From Candidatus Saccharimonadota bacterium (GTDB taxonomy: Bacteria > Patescibacteriota > Saccharimonadia > Saccharimonadales > UBA7683), in assembly GCA_018061375.1 (NCBI GenBank), contig JAGOUG010000001.1, forward strand, positions 1 to 39,734: a stretch of 39,734 bases of DNA. The letters run 5' to 3'. Within the stretch, counting starts at the first letter, position 1. Each line of letters opens with the position of its first letter. Made by a program: the position numbers and the translations under genes. Of the stretch, positions 39,595 to 39,734 are shown piece by piece. The notes under the pieces were generated by a model. It made no database searches. It was not told the DNA's origin and was given only the letters and a program-made list of their open reading frames with translations.

Positions 39595-39734
39595 ATGAAT
39601 AGAATTAAGAACAATAAAAAAGGTTTCACATTAATCGAAGTAGTACTTGTACTTGCAATCGGAGGTTTGATCTTCCTATTGGCATTTATTGCATTCCAAC
39701 AAGTATCTGCTAACCGCCGTGACACACAGCGAAG
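39595..39734 (+). CDS. type IV prepilin, 5' part only (runs off the window)
   Basis: Own translation gives MNRIKNNKKGFTLIEVVLVLAIGGLIFLLAFIAFQQVSANRRDTQR. This shows a class III signal peptide with G/FTLIE cleavage and methylation motif and Glu5. The ORF is absent from the ORF track because it has no stop within the window. Confidence 0.85.
   Translation, partial: MNRIKNNKKGFTLIEVVLVLAIGGLIFLLAFIAFQQVSANRRDTQR

Noticed and set aside
39510-39725. A 71-aa minus-strand ORF at the window end
   Set aside because: It is the antisense of the prepilin N-terminus. The plus frame gives the unmistakable KKGFTLIEVVLVLAIGG class III signal peptide behind a consensus promoter and SD.

Overview
This is a densely coded chromosomal segment with genes on both strands and almost no non-coding DNA. 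No rRNA, tRNA, CRISPR array, transposase or integrase is visible. TGA is used as a stop codon, so the standard bacterial code applies.

Most genes are information-processing housekeeping genes: mutM/fpg, holA, rpsT, truB, an ABC-F ATPase, rpsO-pnp, a family-4 UDG, RNase J, ftsK, rpsF-ssb-rpsR, efp, tlyA and ychF. The 3' quarter holds a complete monoderm-style type IV pilus (T4P) cluster: pilM-pilN-pilO-(80 aa)-pilB-pilT-pilC, then a prepilin truncated by the window end.

The gene content, the lack of biosynthetic genes, the tight packing and the lysine/alanine tail on S20 fit a small-genome episymbiont of the CPR/Patescibacteria, Saccharibacteria-like. That placement is inference only, since no search was possible.

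Leads, from strongest to weakest:
1. A two-gene operon (165-aa membrane anchor plus a 793-aa Cys-rich secreted protein with an NBR1-like Ig module) sits directly upstream of the pilus operon.
2. A four-helix-bundle gene (23S-IVS-protein/Avd-like) lies between efp and tlyA and is enclosed by a 17-bp inverted repeat built from tandem heptamers.
3. At 11 start codons a -10 box lies 5-8 nt upstream with no Shine-Dalgarno (SD) sequence. This implies widespread leaderless mRNAs alongside genes that carry canonical SD sites.
4. A family of REP-like hairpins starting AT(T/C)CC occurs in intergenic regions. Two copies with the same ATCCGCC stem sit in the rpsO and rpsR leaders.
5. A catalytically dead DHH (NrnA-like) domain is fused to about 400 aa of proline-rich disorder.
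6. An orphan protein contains exact 120-bp in-frame tandem repeats.
7. EF-P has Arg instead of Lys at the modified loop tip.

Several orphan acidic or tail-anchored proteins cannot be assigned from sequence alone.
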